A stretch of 64,000 bases of DNA from Candidatus Latescibacterota bacterium (GTDB taxonomy: Bacteria; Krumholzibacteriota; Krumholzibacteriia; WVZY01), in the NCBI GenBank assembly GCA_963791045.1, contig CAWBQK010000006.1:224001-288000 (forward strand), written 5' to 3'. How positions within the stretch are numbered: position 1 is the first letter of the stretch; every line of letters begins with the position of its first letter. The notes under the pieces were generated by a model. It saw nothing but the letters and a program-made list of their open reading frames with translations. It was not told where the DNA came from and searched no databases. This document shows, piece by piece, positions 49,904 to 60,816 of the stretch. The position numbers and the translations under genes are program-made.

Positions 49904-50762
49904 ATGAGGTCGATTGTAAATCGTCATAGCGTCCCGTTAATTGTCACGATATTCGCGGTGATTTCCATGTCCCTGCTCGTGGGGGGGTGCGGCGGCGAAG
50001 AATTCGGCAGCTGCTGGCGCCAGACGGAAATCACCGTCGACGGCGATAACTCCGAATGGCAGGAATGTATAACCTATTTCGAGGATGAAAAGTTTGCAGT
50101 CGGTGATGATGAATGACTCCGAGTACCTCTATGTTGCATTGTTCACCGCGGATCGAAGTGTGCAGAGACAGGTTATGATGTCGGGGATGACTGTGTGGCT
50201 CGACGTGACGAATTCCGAGGAGAAATCGTTTGGAGTTCGTTTCCCGATGGGGTTCCATGGCAAAGACATGCCGCGGTTGGGCCGGCCCGGGCAAGACGGA
50301 ACCGATCCGGCGGAACGCCAGAAACAGATCGATGACATGATTGCCGGCATGGACGAATTTGAAATCATCGGACCGGCGGAGGGAAGCGACCGTCTTGTCA
50401 AGATGGGCGAAATCGACGATGTGAAGGTCGCTGTGAGGCAAGACAAGGGCTCATTCATTTATGAACTAAGAGTTCCTCTGACAATCGCGGGCTCCGGAAA
50501 CTTCTACGGGCTTGGGACGAATCCCGGCGACATGATTGGAATGGCGATCGAGTCCCCCAAAATCAAAAGAGATGCGACGCGTGACCCTGAGATGGCTTTG
50601 GGTGGGACAGGCCGTGGCGGTCGAGGTGGAGGAGGCCGTGGCGACGGCATGGGTGGCGGTGGAAAGAGAGGGCAACGATCCGGCGAAGGAATGGATCCAC
50701 CGGAACCGTTCGACGTGTGGTCAAAGGTCCAACTTTCCGCGAAGGAATCCGGCTCAAAATAA
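49904..50762 (+). CDS. Hypothetical lipoprotein (frameshifted near 50105)
   Basis: Lipobox LLVGGC; ITVDGDNSEW, NDSEYLYV and YELRVPL (DOMON/CBM9-like); Gly-rich tail. Confidence 0.65.
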
Positions 50763-50859
50763 TTTCAGAGTGACCGTGGTCAATGTTTGTATCAGTAGAC
50801 CCCACCCTGCCCAGTGCGCCTGTCCCCGACGGGCGCATTTCTGTTGGTGTGGAGACGAC

Positions 50860-52395
50860 TTACCGGATAAGCAGTGGGATCACAATCGCGTACGTGAGGA
50901 TGGCGACGAGGACGATGCCGATCAAATTGAGCCAAAGACCGGCGCGGGCCATCTGGTTGATCCGCACATAGCCCGACCCGAAGACGATCGCGTTCGGCGG
51001 TGTCGCAACCGGCAGCATAAACGCGCAGCTTGCGGCGATCGCCGCCGGGACGATTAGCATGTACGGGCTCAAGCCCAGCCCGGGCGCTACCGCAGCGAGG
51101 ATGGGGATGAGGGTCGCCGTCGTAGCGGTGTTGCTCGTAAGCTCCGTCAGAAAAATCATCATCGCGGTGACGACCACCACAAGAACCAAACCCGGCAGTA
51201 CGCCCAGTGCGGCAACTTGATTTCCAATAAACTCGCCGACGCCGTTGGAGCTTATAGCGGCGGCAAGGCTTAAGCCCCCGCCGAAAAGAACAAGTATTCC
51301 CCAAGGCAACCGAATCGCCGTCTGCCAGTCCATCGCGAAAACACGTTTGCGCGCATCGACCGGGATCACAAACAGAGCGAGTGCTGCGATCATCGCAATA
51401 CCCGGGTCGGTGAGCCCTCCGAATATCTGGACATCCGAGATGACGATCTTTTTCAAGAGTGGCCGGAGTATCCATGCCGAGGCAGCGACAACAAAAACAA
51501 AAAGCGTCGTCCATTCGCCGCGTTTCATTGGGCCCAGCTTGCTGTATCCTTTGCCGATCAGCATCGAACTGCCTTCGATGGTGTTAATGCGTATCGGATA
51601 GAGAACTCGCGTGATAAGCGCCCAAACGATGGGGAGAAACACGATGACGAGCGGGACACCGATTCCCATCCAGCGGACGAAACTGATTTCACGTCCAAGA
51701 TGAGTCTCGATGTATGAGGCGAGAAACAAATTCGGCGGAGTCCCGATCAACGTGCCGATCCCGCCGATGGACGCCGCGTAGGCGATCCCCAACAAAAGGC
51801 ACAACGCAAAATTGTGGCCTTCGCCCTCCGAAAAACTCCCGGTTTCATCGATGGTTTTGCCGCCCGCCTGCCGGAGAACGAGATCGATCACGCTCAGCGC
51901 GATGGGAAGCATCATGATTGTTGTTGCGGTGTTCGACACCCACATGCTCATGAACGCCGTCGCCGCCATGAACCCGAATACAACACGGTGCGGGTTTGTC
52001 CCGACGAGCCGGAGCGCGCCGAACGCGAAACGCCTGTGAAGTCCCCATCGTTCCATCGACAGCGCGATGAGGAAGCCTCCCATAAAAAGATATATCAGCT
52101 CGTGCGCGTAGGGTGCGGCCGTTTCTCGGATCGTAAACGCGCCAAAAAGCGGCAGAACGGCGAGCGGGAGGAGCGATGTCGCGTAAATGGGGATCGCCTC
52201 GGTCATCCACCATACGGCCATCCACACCGCCGCTCCGGTCGTTACGCGGCCGGCGTGTGTGAACTCGGCGATCTCGCCCGCGCCGTTTTGATACGTGGAT
52301 GGGAGGAGCGTGTAAACGATAAGCGCGAGGAATGGTCCCGCGATGAGACCGATCCACTGGACGGGCGAGTGTGCGTAACGGGTGCTTCTAGACAT
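50860..52395 (-). CDS. SLC13/DASS sodium:dicarboxylate or sulfate symporter
   Basis: WWMTEAIP, SMWVSNTAT, GTPPN, ELTSNTAT and MLPVATPPNAI. Confidence 0.93.
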   Translation of the reverse strand: MSRSTRYAHSPVQWIGLIAGPFLALIVYTLLPSTYQNGAGEIAEFTHAGRVTTGAAVWMAVWWMTEAIPIYATSLLPLAVLPLFGAFTIRETAAPYAHELIYLFMGGFLIALSMERWGLHRRFAFGALRLVGTNPHRVVFGFMAATAFMSMWVSNTATTIMMLPIALSVIDLVLRQAGGKTIDETGSFSEGEGHNFALCLLLGIAYAASIGGIGTLIGTPPNLFLASYIETHLGREISFVRWMGIGVPLVIVFLPIVWALITRVLYPIRINTIEGSSMLIGKGYSKLGPMKRGEWTTLFVFVVAASAWILRPLLKKIVISDVQIFGGLTDPGIAMIAALALFVIPVDARKRVFAMDWQTAIRLPWGILVLFGGGLSLAAAISSNGVGEFIGNQVAALGVLPGLVLVVVVTAMMIFLTELTSNTATTATLIPILAAVAPGLGLSPYMLIVPAAIAASCAFMLPVATPPNAIVFGSGYVRINQMARAGLWLNLIGIVLVAILTYAIVIPLLIR

Positions 52396-52639
52396 TGCCT
52401 TCGCGACGGTTAAAGAAACGAGCCTTTTCCGTGTAAGGAATTCTGGAGTATTGGACGAATGATTAAAAGACTTTTTTGCCCCGCGATGGGAAAAGAATTC
52501 GAAATCGGGGTATGGATAAGTGGCGGGGAATCCGCGCGATTCGCCTATAAAAAACCACCGGCACGCTTTCTCTGTCGAAAGTGTGCCGGCAGCCCGACTT
52601 CAGCGGTTTTCGCGAGCGCTGAGGAGTAACTCTTGCCTG

Positions 52640-53164
52640 CTAGAGGTTTCCTTTGACGAGCCGGATGTCATCGATCCAGGCGGTGCCCGTTCCGTCGATG
52701 ACAAGATTCAGCCTGACATTGTCCGGATTCTCGCCTCTCTTGAGCAGAAACGGTGTTTCCTGGGACGACCAATCGACGGTACCCGAGATCGGCGTGTGGA
52801 GGGCTCGCGAGAAATACTCGCCGCGCCCTTCGAACTGACACCACATTTCGAGGTACACCTGTCCGTCGACGTTCTCTGTTTTGATTTTTGCTTCGTATGT
52901 GATCCGCGCGTTTTCTATGTCGAGATCGCCTGTTTCGTACAACCGGAATGTTGTGGGTTCGGTAGCGGTTAACTTGAGTGACCCGTAACCGTCGCTCGAC
53001 GTGGCCTTGTCTGTTTCCACGCCGGAGCGGGTGAGCACTCCTTCGGTTGAATCCACCGGGTATCCGACTATATTTGTTACCTCGGATTGCTCATTCTGGC
53101 AACCGCAGTACAGCAGTGCGGCCAGAACGATGAGGCAGAGTATGACTTTCAAATTGATTTTCAT
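52640..53164 (-). CDS. Hypothetical lipoprotein with a carbohydrate-binding-like jelly-roll
   Basis: Signal peptide ending YCGC; ISGTVDW and GTGTAWIDDIRL. Confidence 0.7.
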   Translation of the reverse strand: MKINLKVILCLIVLAALLYCGCQNEQSEVTNIVGYPVDSTEGVLTRSGVETDKATSSDGYGSLKLTATEPTTFRLYETGDLDIENARITYEAKIKTENVDGQVYLEMWCQFEGRGEYFSRALHTPISGTVDWSSQETPFLLKRGENPDNVRLNLVIDGTGTAWIDDIRLVKGNL

Positions 53165-53331
53165 TGTGGCTATTTCCTTGTCACTTTGAAGGGGACGAAA
53201 TACCACATTGCAAGGGGTATACCAGTCCGGAAATCAGATTGTGATATCGGACTGATTATTTAAACTTTTGTAATATAACAAGTTGTACCGTATCCGGAGG
53301 AGGATGTGGTAGCTGGTCGAGTGATTCCGTT

Positions 53332-53712
53332 CTAGTCACGAGGACGCGTGTACATGACTTCCACTCGGCCGCGCGGGCCGATGAACCAGGAGGCGAACCA
53401 GCTTGTGAGACCCACGATGATCGATCCAAAGAACGCGGGGAAGAAACCGCCCAGCGAAAATCCCCCAAGAAGTCCGGCGACTAGGGAGAGCATCGTCGCG
53501 TTGATTATGAGGAGAAAAATACCAAATGACAGAATCGTTATCGGGAGTGTTAGAAATACAAAAATCGGACGAATCACCGCATTGACAAAACCGAGGAGAA
53601 ACGCCGCGCCGAGAAGTGTCCAAAAGCCGGAGAAATGAATGCTCGGGATAAGAATCGATGCAACCCACAGACCCGCCGCCGTAATCAGAAGACGTAGGGC
53701 AAAACCTCTCAT
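53332..53712 (-). CDS. YvlD-like membrane protein (Phage_holin_4_2 family)
   Basis: LGFVNAVIRP..LTLPITILSFGIF..INA signature. Confidence 0.85.
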   Translation of the reverse strand: MRGFALRLLITAAGLWVASILIPSIHFSGFWTLLGAAFLLGFVNAVIRPIFVFLTLPITILSFGIFLLIINATMLSLVAGLLGGFSLGGFFPAFFGSIIVGLTSWFASWFIGPRGRVEVMYTRPRD

Positions 53713-53801
53713 CGTGACAATCCTTGTCGCTAATGTTGCGCCGCCGCCGTGTCACCGCGGTGTTGATGCCACCCTCACCCGGTCCACGCGAATAAACTGG
53801 C

Positions 53802-54521
53802 CTACGGCTTTGATTGCCTCGCCATGCGCTCGATTTCACCGCGAATTTCCGTGGCCGTGAAGAAGGGCCGCTCGAAAACAAAATACAAAATATCCTCATC
53901 CGCGCGGACGTGAAAACCCTCGGGATCGGCTGCGATCATCTGAGCGTATTTGGGTTGCGTCTCATGGAAGTAGCGGCACATGTCAATGAGCTCGGCGCTG
54001 TGATTCTTGTTGATATCTTTGGCTATGTCGGCCTCGTCGTTTTTCCAATTCGCAGGCGGAAGAAGCCATCCTTCTTTTGATAGCCAGTGGATGCGACCGA
54101 ACCCCGATACGTACCGCGCCTTGTGGGGCTCGATCCAGTAAAACTGGAAATCCGGGTTGCTTTCATTCTTGCGGCTTCCCGGGAAAAACGAAAAATAACG
54201 TTCCGCCAGAAGGGCATGCTCGGTGTCGGGAATCGGTTCTGCATTCCCCATGATACTCACCTTGCTGGTCGCCTGTTTGTCCTTCTCCTCCGGGTCGTAA
54301 ACGGTCAGGCACAGGCGCGAATCGGCCAGTATGTTCCGTGTGTGTTGAGCGAGTTCGCTCGTGTATATGACCGGCCGGCCTTCGTGCGAGGCGACAAAAG
54401 GAGTGAGCGATCCGAACGGATATCCTTCGATTTCCACCGAGTGCGTGGAAAGCACGCCCGCGTCCAACCGCCGGATGAGCGCGCGCGCGGCATCGGCCAG
54501 AGTGATTTTTCCTTGTTCCAC
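53802..54521 (-). CDS. HugZ-family heme utilisation/PNPOx-like protein with DUF2470
   Basis: LSTHS..GYPFGS, SELAQHTRN and YVSGFGRIHW. Confidence 0.85.
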   Translation of the reverse strand: MEQGKITLADAARALIRRLDAGVLSTHSVEIEGYPFGSLTPFVASHEGRPVIYTSELAQHTRNILADSRLCLTVYDPEEKDKQATSKVSIMGNAEPIPDTEHALLAERYFSFFPGSRKNESNPDFQFYWIEPHKARYVSGFGRIHWLSKEGWLLPPANWKNDEADIAKDINKNHSAELIDMCRYFHETQPKYAQMIAADPEGFHVRADEDILYFVFERPFFTATEIRGEIERMARQSKP

Positions 54522-54560
54522 ACCCCCCCCGTTTCGTTAAGTTGTGGCGTGGTGGATCCG

Positions 54561-54842
54561 TCAGTCGTTTCGGCTAAGTATCTCGATCAGGTGAAAACCG
54601 AACTGCGTTTTCACCGGTCCGTGGGCCTTGCCGATTTCTTCGGTGAATACGATGTCGTCGAATTCTTTGACCATACGTCCCTGATCGAACTCTCCCAGGT
54701 CGCCACCCTCCTGTCCCGAAGGGCACTGGGAGTGCTGCTTTGCGATCTCGGCAAAGTCGGCGCCGCCCTCTATCTGTTTCTTGAGGTCCTCGCAGGTCGC
54801 TTCAGAGTTGACCAGGATGTGTCTTGCATGTGCTTTGGGCAT
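54561..54842 (-). CDS. ppiC: Parvulin peptidyl-prolyl isomerase
   Basis: ARHILV, SQCPSG..GGDLG, MVKEFD and VKTQFGFHLI; 93 aa. Confidence 0.9.
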   Translation of the reverse strand: MPKAHARHILVNSEATCEDLKKQIEGGADFAEIAKQHSQCPSGQEGGDLGEFDQGRMVKEFDDIVFTEEIGKAHGPVKTQFGFHLIEILSRND

Positions 54843-55036
54843 TAACCGGCTCCTTTTCCGTTGTTGGTTTCTCCTTTTAATAATAATTCGCTTATGGAGT
54901 CCTGTCGAGCCCCCAATTAGTAAACCGCATAAATTATTATAGAAGAGCGGGTAACGCCGTTTTGAGGGTTGATGCGCGGCCAGTTTGCGCTCGACAGGCC
55001 CACGGAATTGATTACCTTTCATAAAACGGAGGAAAA

Positions 55037-55855
55037 ATGTACGGAAGACAGATCAAATCCAGGTTTTCGGCGAGCGTGGCGTTGGCGGTCGTATTTACCG
55101 CCGCCGCGGCGATCCTTCTTGCACCGTGGGCGCCGGCTCGCGGGGAAAATACGGATGCAAATGCGCTTTTCACGGGGATGCTCGCCGATTACGTCGGTGA
55201 CGGACGGGTTGACTATGCTGCACTGTGTGGGGATGAGAGGCTCGGCGCGTATCTCGAGCGATTTTCGTCGACGGACCCTTCCAAGATCGAGAACCACAAC
55301 GACCGCTTCGCATTCTGGATCAATGCGTACAATGTTTTCACCTTGAAAATCGTCTGCGAAAATTACCCGCTCGAAAGCATAAACGATCTCCATCTCGGCG
55401 GTCTGGTTGTGGGGACGGTGCTGAATAAAACCGTGTGGGACAAGAAGTTTGTTGAAATCAATGGCAAGAAAATGAGTCTCAACCACATCGAGCACGAGAT
55501 CCTGCGAAAAGAATTCAAGGACCCCAGGCTTCATTTCGCCATTGTGTGCGCGTCGAAGTCGTGCCCGGCGCTTCGGTCGGAAGCGTATTCGGGAAGTCGG
55601 CTTGATTCACAACTCGACGACCAGGCGAGGATTTTCTTTGCCGATCCGGAGAAGAACACATTCGATGTGAGTGAGAAGAAAGCATATCTCTCGAAAATCC
55701 TCGATTGGTTCTCGAAAGACTTTGGCGACAATGACGAGGAGATTCTTATGTTCGTCAGCCGTTTTGTCGCCGCCGACCTGGCAGTCGAGATACGAAGCGA
55801 TCTCGACGAGTGGGACATCAAACACCAAGAATACGATTGGAGTTTGAACGACTGA
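55037..55855 (+). CDS. DUF547-domain secreted protein
   Basis: AFWINAYN, LNHIEH, PRLHFAIVCASKSCP and YDWSLN. Confidence 0.9.
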   Translation: MYGRQIKSRFSASVALAVVFTAAAAILLAPWAPARGENTDANALFTGMLADYVGDGRVDYAALCGDERLGAYLERFSSTDPSKIENHNDRFAFWINAYNVFTLKIVCENYPLESINDLHLGGLVVGTVLNKTVWDKKFVEINGKKMSLNHIEHEILRKEFKDPRLHFAIVCASKSCPALRSEAYSGSRLDSQLDDQARIFFADPEKNTFDVSEKKAYLSKILDWFSKDFGDNDEEILMFVSRFVAADLAVEIRSDLDEWDIKHQEYDWSLND

Positions 55856-55888
55856 CGACTGTGGGTCGGGTGCGTGCTCGGGAGTGAC

Positions 55889-55924
55889 AAAAAAGAAGGG
55901 GCGATTTCTCGCCCCTTCTTCTTT
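55889..55924. terminator. Bidirectional intrinsic terminator
   Basis: AAGAAGGGGCGA-loop-TCGCCCCTTCTT between convergent genes. Confidence 0.75.
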
Positions 55925-55948
55925 AGATACCCGAAAGCAACGGAGAGA

Positions 55949-58948
55949 CTATTTTTTGCCCCCGCGGCCTTTGGATTCCATGTCCTTCAGGTCGCGGCCT
56001 GTCGGAGGATGGATCTGGAAGTTGCCACCGTCGATGTAACCGGATACTTCGTACATCACCGGGTAGCTGTCATCCGGACCTTCATAGATTCTGATCCGGT
56101 AGAAGTCCGGGCATTCGCAGTCGGCAAGCTCGGTGCCGCTGTTGCGGCCGAAACCGTCGACATCGCAGATCTCCGAGGGCGGATCTACTTTGCCGGCTTT
56201 TCCGGGTTCGCCGAGATCATCAATGTTGACCTCGAACCAGTGCATGCTTTCACCGACGACGATATAGTTTTCGAGCGATGGAGGCAGGCCCTTGGTGTTC
56301 TTGAACGTGCCAACACCGGCGAAGTCGAGCTGTTTGGCGGGAGCTGGGCGTGCCTGTTTGCACCATCCCGGATCCATGCACTCAATCCAGTCGATTTCGG
56401 TTCCCGGAGGCGCGCTTGCCGTTCCGGCGTGGAACGTAAACGAACCGGCTGGGCCGCGCTTCTGGGTGTGAGTCCACTCGCCGTACGGCTGAGGCTGACT
56501 GGCGATAGGCGCACCGGCCTGGCCGCCACACGTATGGACGTTGGTACCCTCTCCGCGGTCGGGATGGACTTCTGGTGACGTGTCATTGGCGCCACCGGTC
56601 ATCCGGCAGCCGATGAACACCTGTGGCTCAAACATACCGGCATCCCACGTCGGATCGTGTTCGCCGGGGTCGAGGGTCGTGCATGCCGCGACACCCGAAG
56701 TTTCATCGGCATCGCTGTCGAGCGCGTCGTCGGCGCCCTGATCCTGCGGGCTGAAGACGAGGCCCGGAACAAGCGCGAACTGGACGAAGTAATCGCCCGG
56801 CATCAGGTCGTCGAACAGGTAGTACCCGTTGACATCGGTCGTCGTGGTGAAGAGCGGCGTAGACTCTCCACACCTGAAGAGGTGTACGGTCGCGCCCTGG
56901 ATTCCCATTTCACCGGAGTCCTGAATGCCGTCTTCGTTGTCGTCGTACCAGACGAAGTCACCGATTGAGGCGAGAGGAATGTACATACCCGCATCCCACG
57001 TGAGGTCGGTCTCACCGGGGGAGAGGGTTGTACAAATCGTCATTCCGGTCGTCTCATCCGCGTCGCTGTCGAGAGCGTCGTCGGCGCCCTGATCTTGCGG
57101 GCTGAAGACGTGATCGGCAAGCGGCGTGAATTTGACGAAGTAATCGCCCGGCTGGAGGTTGTCGAACAGATAGTAACCGGAGGCGTTAGTCACCATCGAC
57201 GCCATCGGCGTGGTCGCTCCACACGCGAACAATTCAACCGTCACACCGGGAATCCCGTTTTCGCCGGAATCCTGGATGCCGTCCTCGTTCATGTCATACC
57301 AGACGTAGTCGCCAATTGCGGCGAGAGGAATGTACATGCCCGCATCCCACGTGAGGTCGGTCTCATTCGGATCGAGGGTTGTACAAATCGTCATTCCGGT
57401 CGTCTCATCCGCGTCGCTGTCCTTCGCGTCGTCGGCGCCCTGATCTTGCGGGCTGAAGACGTGATCGGCAAGCGGCGTGAACTTAACGAAGTAATCTCCT
57501 GGCTGGAGATCGTCAAAGAGATAGTAACCGGTCGCGTTGGTCACCATTGAAGCCATCGCGGTCGTCTGACCGCACTGGAACAATTCGACCGTCACGCCGG
57601 GGATCCCGTTCTCGCCGGAATCCTGGATGCCGTCCTCGTTCATGTCATACCAGACGTAGTCGCCAATTGCGGCGAGAGGCAGGTACATGCCCGCGTCCCA
57701 TGTCATGTCATTTTCACCCGGATCGAGGGTCGTGCAGATCGTCCGGCCCGTGGCCTGATCCGCGTCGCTGTCGAGCGCGTCGTCGCCACCCTGATCCTGC
57801 GGGCTGAAGACATATCCACTCGGAAGAATGAATTCGACGAAGTAATCGCCGGGCATCAGATCGTCAAACAGGTAGAGTCCGCTGGCGTCGGTGAGCATTG
57901 TCGCCATCGCAGTGGTTTCTCCGCACACGTACAGGTTGACGGTGACGCCGGGGATTCCCGGTTCGCCGGAATCCTGGATGCCGTCCTGATTTAGGTCGTG
58001 CCATACAAAGTCGCCCAGTGAGGCGAGCTCGATGGGGACCGAGAGCCCCGCGCAGATCCACGCCAGCGAGGCGGGATTGGCATTGGGGTAGGCGCTCGAT
58101 GCATCCGCTTCGGAGAGACACTGAACGGTGAGTTCGGTAGCGCCTGCCGGGATCGTTACGTCGAACCGGTCCGCGTCGAAATCGCGGCCATCGTTATCGG
58201 CAAACGGATCGACGATTCTGGTGGTAACCGCGCCGACCGTTACTTCGACCACGTTGGGTCGCTCCTCCTGAACGCTGCTCGCAAACATGGCGAGCTGAGC
58301 GTTACGTGCAACGGTAGCCGGCAAGAACGTAAACGTCTGCGGCTCGGTCGTGTCGAGCGGTGGAGCAAAGTTCCAGTACGCCAGATCGTTTCCGTCGTTG
58401 ACGAACAGTTCGGTGGCGCCTGAGCCGTCGTCATAAATGACGAGCATGCCCGCACCGTTATTTTTTTCGAAATCCATGCCGCCGACCGAGATGTTATTGT
58501 TCCCGGCGGTGACAAGGCCAAGGCTCGTGATGTCGGCCCGATAGGACGAGCTGTATGCTTCGTTGAAGAACAGCGTCGGACCGCCGATAAGCGTGCCCGA
58601 AACCGGGTTGCCGCCGACAGTTATCTGGGCGTCGCCGGTTGCGGTTGGGTTGTGGCCTTCCCAGTAGACGATGACCTGCTCGACGCTGGCGCCGGCGGGA
58701 ACGTCGACTGTAATGGTGCCCGGCTGGCCGGTGCCTTCGGCACGCAGGCCCACGCCGCCAACCGCGAAGCCGGTGCCGTCGGCGATCGGTATCGTCGCCG
58801 GACCGAGGTCCTCGCTTCCGTCTAGAGCTGACATCAGGAGGCCGGTCTGTGAGGACGGCGCCTGAATCAGGTCTGGTTCTTCGCTACAGCCAAAGGCCAC
58901 AAGGCCCAGGACCACAACGAGAGCCACATATCTCGTGATGAATTTCAC
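55949..58948 (-). CDS. Surface lipoprotein with four SdrD B-like repeats
   Basis: Lipobox VAFGC, four repeats 'GD.VW.D.N.DGIQDSGE.GI.GVTV.L...DSDAD...WDAGM' and a Cys-rich C-terminal domain. Confidence 0.88.
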   Translation of the reverse strand: MKFITRYVALVVVLGLVAFGCSEEPDLIQAPSSQTGLLMSALDGSEDLGPATIPIADGTGFAVGGVGLRAEGTGQPGTITVDVPAGASVEQVIVYWEGHNPTATGDAQITVGGNPVSGTLIGGPTLFFNEAYSSSYRADITSLGLVTAGNNNISVGGMDFEKNNGAGMLVIYDDGSGATELFVNDGNDLAYWNFAPPLDTTEPQTFTFLPATVARNAQLAMFASSVQEERPNVVEVTVGAVTTRIVDPFADNDGRDFDADRFDVTIPAGATELTVQCLSEADASSAYPNANPASLAWICAGLSVPIELASLGDFVWHDLNQDGIQDSGEPGIPGVTVNLYVCGETTAMATMLTDASGLYLFDDLMPGDYFVEFILPSGYVFSPQDQGGDDALDSDADQATGRTICTTLDPGENDMTWDAGMYLPLAAIGDYVWYDMNEDGIQDSGENGIPGVTVELFQCGQTTAMASMVTNATGYYLFDDLQPGDYFVKFTPLADHVFSPQDQGADDAKDSDADETTGMTICTTLDPNETDLTWDAGMYIPLAAIGDYVWYDMNEDGIQDSGENGIPGVTVELFACGATTPMASMVTNASGYYLFDNLQPGDYFVKFTPLADHVFSPQDQGADDALDSDADETTGMTICTTLSPGETDLTWDAGMYIPLASIGDFVWYDDNEDGIQDSGEMGIQGATVHLFRCGESTPLFTTTTDVNGYYLFDDLMPGDYFVQFALVPGLVFSPQDQGADDALDSDADETSGVAACTTLDPGEHDPTWDAGMFEPQVFIGCRMTGGANDTSPEVHPDRGEGTNVHTCGGQAGAPIASQPQPYGEWTHTQKRGPAGSFTFHAGTASAPPGTEIDWIECMDPGWCKQARPAPAKQLDFAGVGTFKNTKGLPPSLENYIVVGESMHWFEVNIDDLGEPGKAGKVDPPSEICDVDGFGRNSGTELADCECPDFYRIRIYEGPDDSYPVMYEVSGYIDGGNFQIHPPTGRDLKDMESKGRGGKK
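56621..58024 (-). repeat. Four 351-nt (117-aa) intragenic repeats
   Basis: GCCAATTGCGGCGAGAGG recurs at 57311 and 57662; the middle two units are nearly identical. Confidence 0.85.
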
Positions 58949-59176
58949 GGAGAAACCCCCTTTTTGGAGATAATTAAAACTTGCCCTGAAGTTGCCGCTT
59001 AAGGGCGCGAAGGCAGCGATATCGCTACTGCACCGGAGACGATCATACCACAGAAAACCCGCATTCGTATAGGCTAAAATGCCTGTCGTTAAACTTCATA
59101 CACCATACCAACACTATTTGTCGTATACTTTCGCCGACGTTTTATAAAGCCGAAACCTTCTACACAGGAGAATCCG

Positions 59177-60781
59177 ATGGCTGATTTTACGTATGAGCCA
59201 ATGTTTCGCATGGGAGAGGACAAAACCGAGTACAAGCTGCTTTCAAAAGAAGGGGTTTCGACCGCTTCGTTCGAGGGCAAGGATGTGCTCAAGGTTGAGG
59301 CGGAGGCGCTCTCCGAGCTGGCCCGTCAGGGTTTCAGCGACATCAATTATCTCTTCCGGACCGAGCATCTCCAGTCGCTCCGGAATATCATTGAGGACCC
59401 CGAGGCGTCGGATAACGACCGTTATGTGGCGCTGACGCTCCTTCAGAACGCCGTGGTTTCGTCGGCGCGAACTCTTCCCAGCTGTCAGGACACCGGAACG
59501 GCGATTGTGTTCGCAAAAAAGGGTCAGAGGGTGTGGACGGACTTCGATGACGAGGAGGCACTTGAGCCGGGGAATATTCAAGACGTATACCGGCGAGTAT
59601 CTCCGGTATTCACAGAATGCCGCGCTCAGTATGTACGAAGAGAAGAACACGGGGACGAACCTTCCCGCCCAGATTGACATTCTTGCCGACACGGGGAATG
59701 AATACAAATTGCTATTCGTTGCCAAGGGCGGCGGGTCGGCCAACAAGATGTTTCTCTTCCAGGAGACCAAGGCCATTCTCAATCCCACACGTCTCCCCGA
59801 ATATATTGGTGAAAAGCTCCGGCTTCTCGGAACAGCGGCGTGCCCGCCATATCACCTTGCCGTTGTTATCGGCGGAACATCAGCGGAGACGACGATGAAA
59901 ACGCTCAAGCTGGCGTCAGCGCATTACTATGATGAGCTGCCGACGCAGTGGCAACGAGTTCGGATCCGCCTTCCGGGATCCCGGACTCGAGGCCAGGTTC
60001 TGAACAGGCGTCGCAGCTTGGGATCGGCGCTCAGTTCGGCGGCAAGTATTTTGCGCACGATGTGCGTGTGATTCGTCTGCCCCGCCATGGGGCTTCGCTT
60101 CCCGTGGGATTGGGTGTGAGCTGCAGCGCGGACCGCAGCCCGAGCGAAAATCACACGCGACGGTGTTTTTATCGAAAAACTCGAAACCGATCCCGCGCGG
60201 TTTCTTCCCGATCCAAAATTCATCAACGAAGGCGATGCCGTCAAGGTGGATCTCAACAAACCGATGAACGAGATTCGTGCGAACTATCAAGTACCCGATC
60301 AAGACACGAGTGAGTCTCACCGGCAAGCTGATCGTCGCCCGCGACATGGCCCACGCTCGTTTCAAAGAGATGCTCGACCGCGGCAAGGAACTTCCACAGT
60401 ACTTCAAGGATCATCCCGTTTACTATGCCGGTCCGGCGAAAAACCCGAAGGGATTGCCATCGGGGAGCTTCGGCCCGACGACAGCGGCGCGGATGGATCC
60501 TTACGTGGACGAATTCCAGAAACAGGGCGCGTCGATGATGATGCTTGGCGAAAGGGAACCGTTCGAAGGGAGTAACGGACGCGTGCAATGCCAACGGCGG
60601 ATTCTATCTCGGTTCGATTGGCGGACCGGCGGCGATTCTCGCGCACGTGAACATTAAGGATGTGCGTGTGTTGGACTTTGAGGATCTCGGAATGGAAGCG
60701 GTGTGGGAGATCACGGTGGAGGATTTCCCAGCGTTCATCGTTGTCGATGACAAGGGCAACGACTTCTACGCGCAGATCTAG
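59177..60781 (+). CDS. fumA: Class I (Fe-S) fumarate hydratase (frameshifted)
   Basis: [45 protein letters not shown] and [15 protein letters not shown] across several frames. Confidence 0.88.
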
Positions 60782-60816
60782 CGCGGGTCGTCCGGTGCAG
60801 TCATTCGAAAAGAGAA

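Noticed and set aside
53332-53712. 'Phage holin' as evidence of a prophage
   Set aside because: The YvlD-like family is commonly chromosomal, and no phage genes are nearby.
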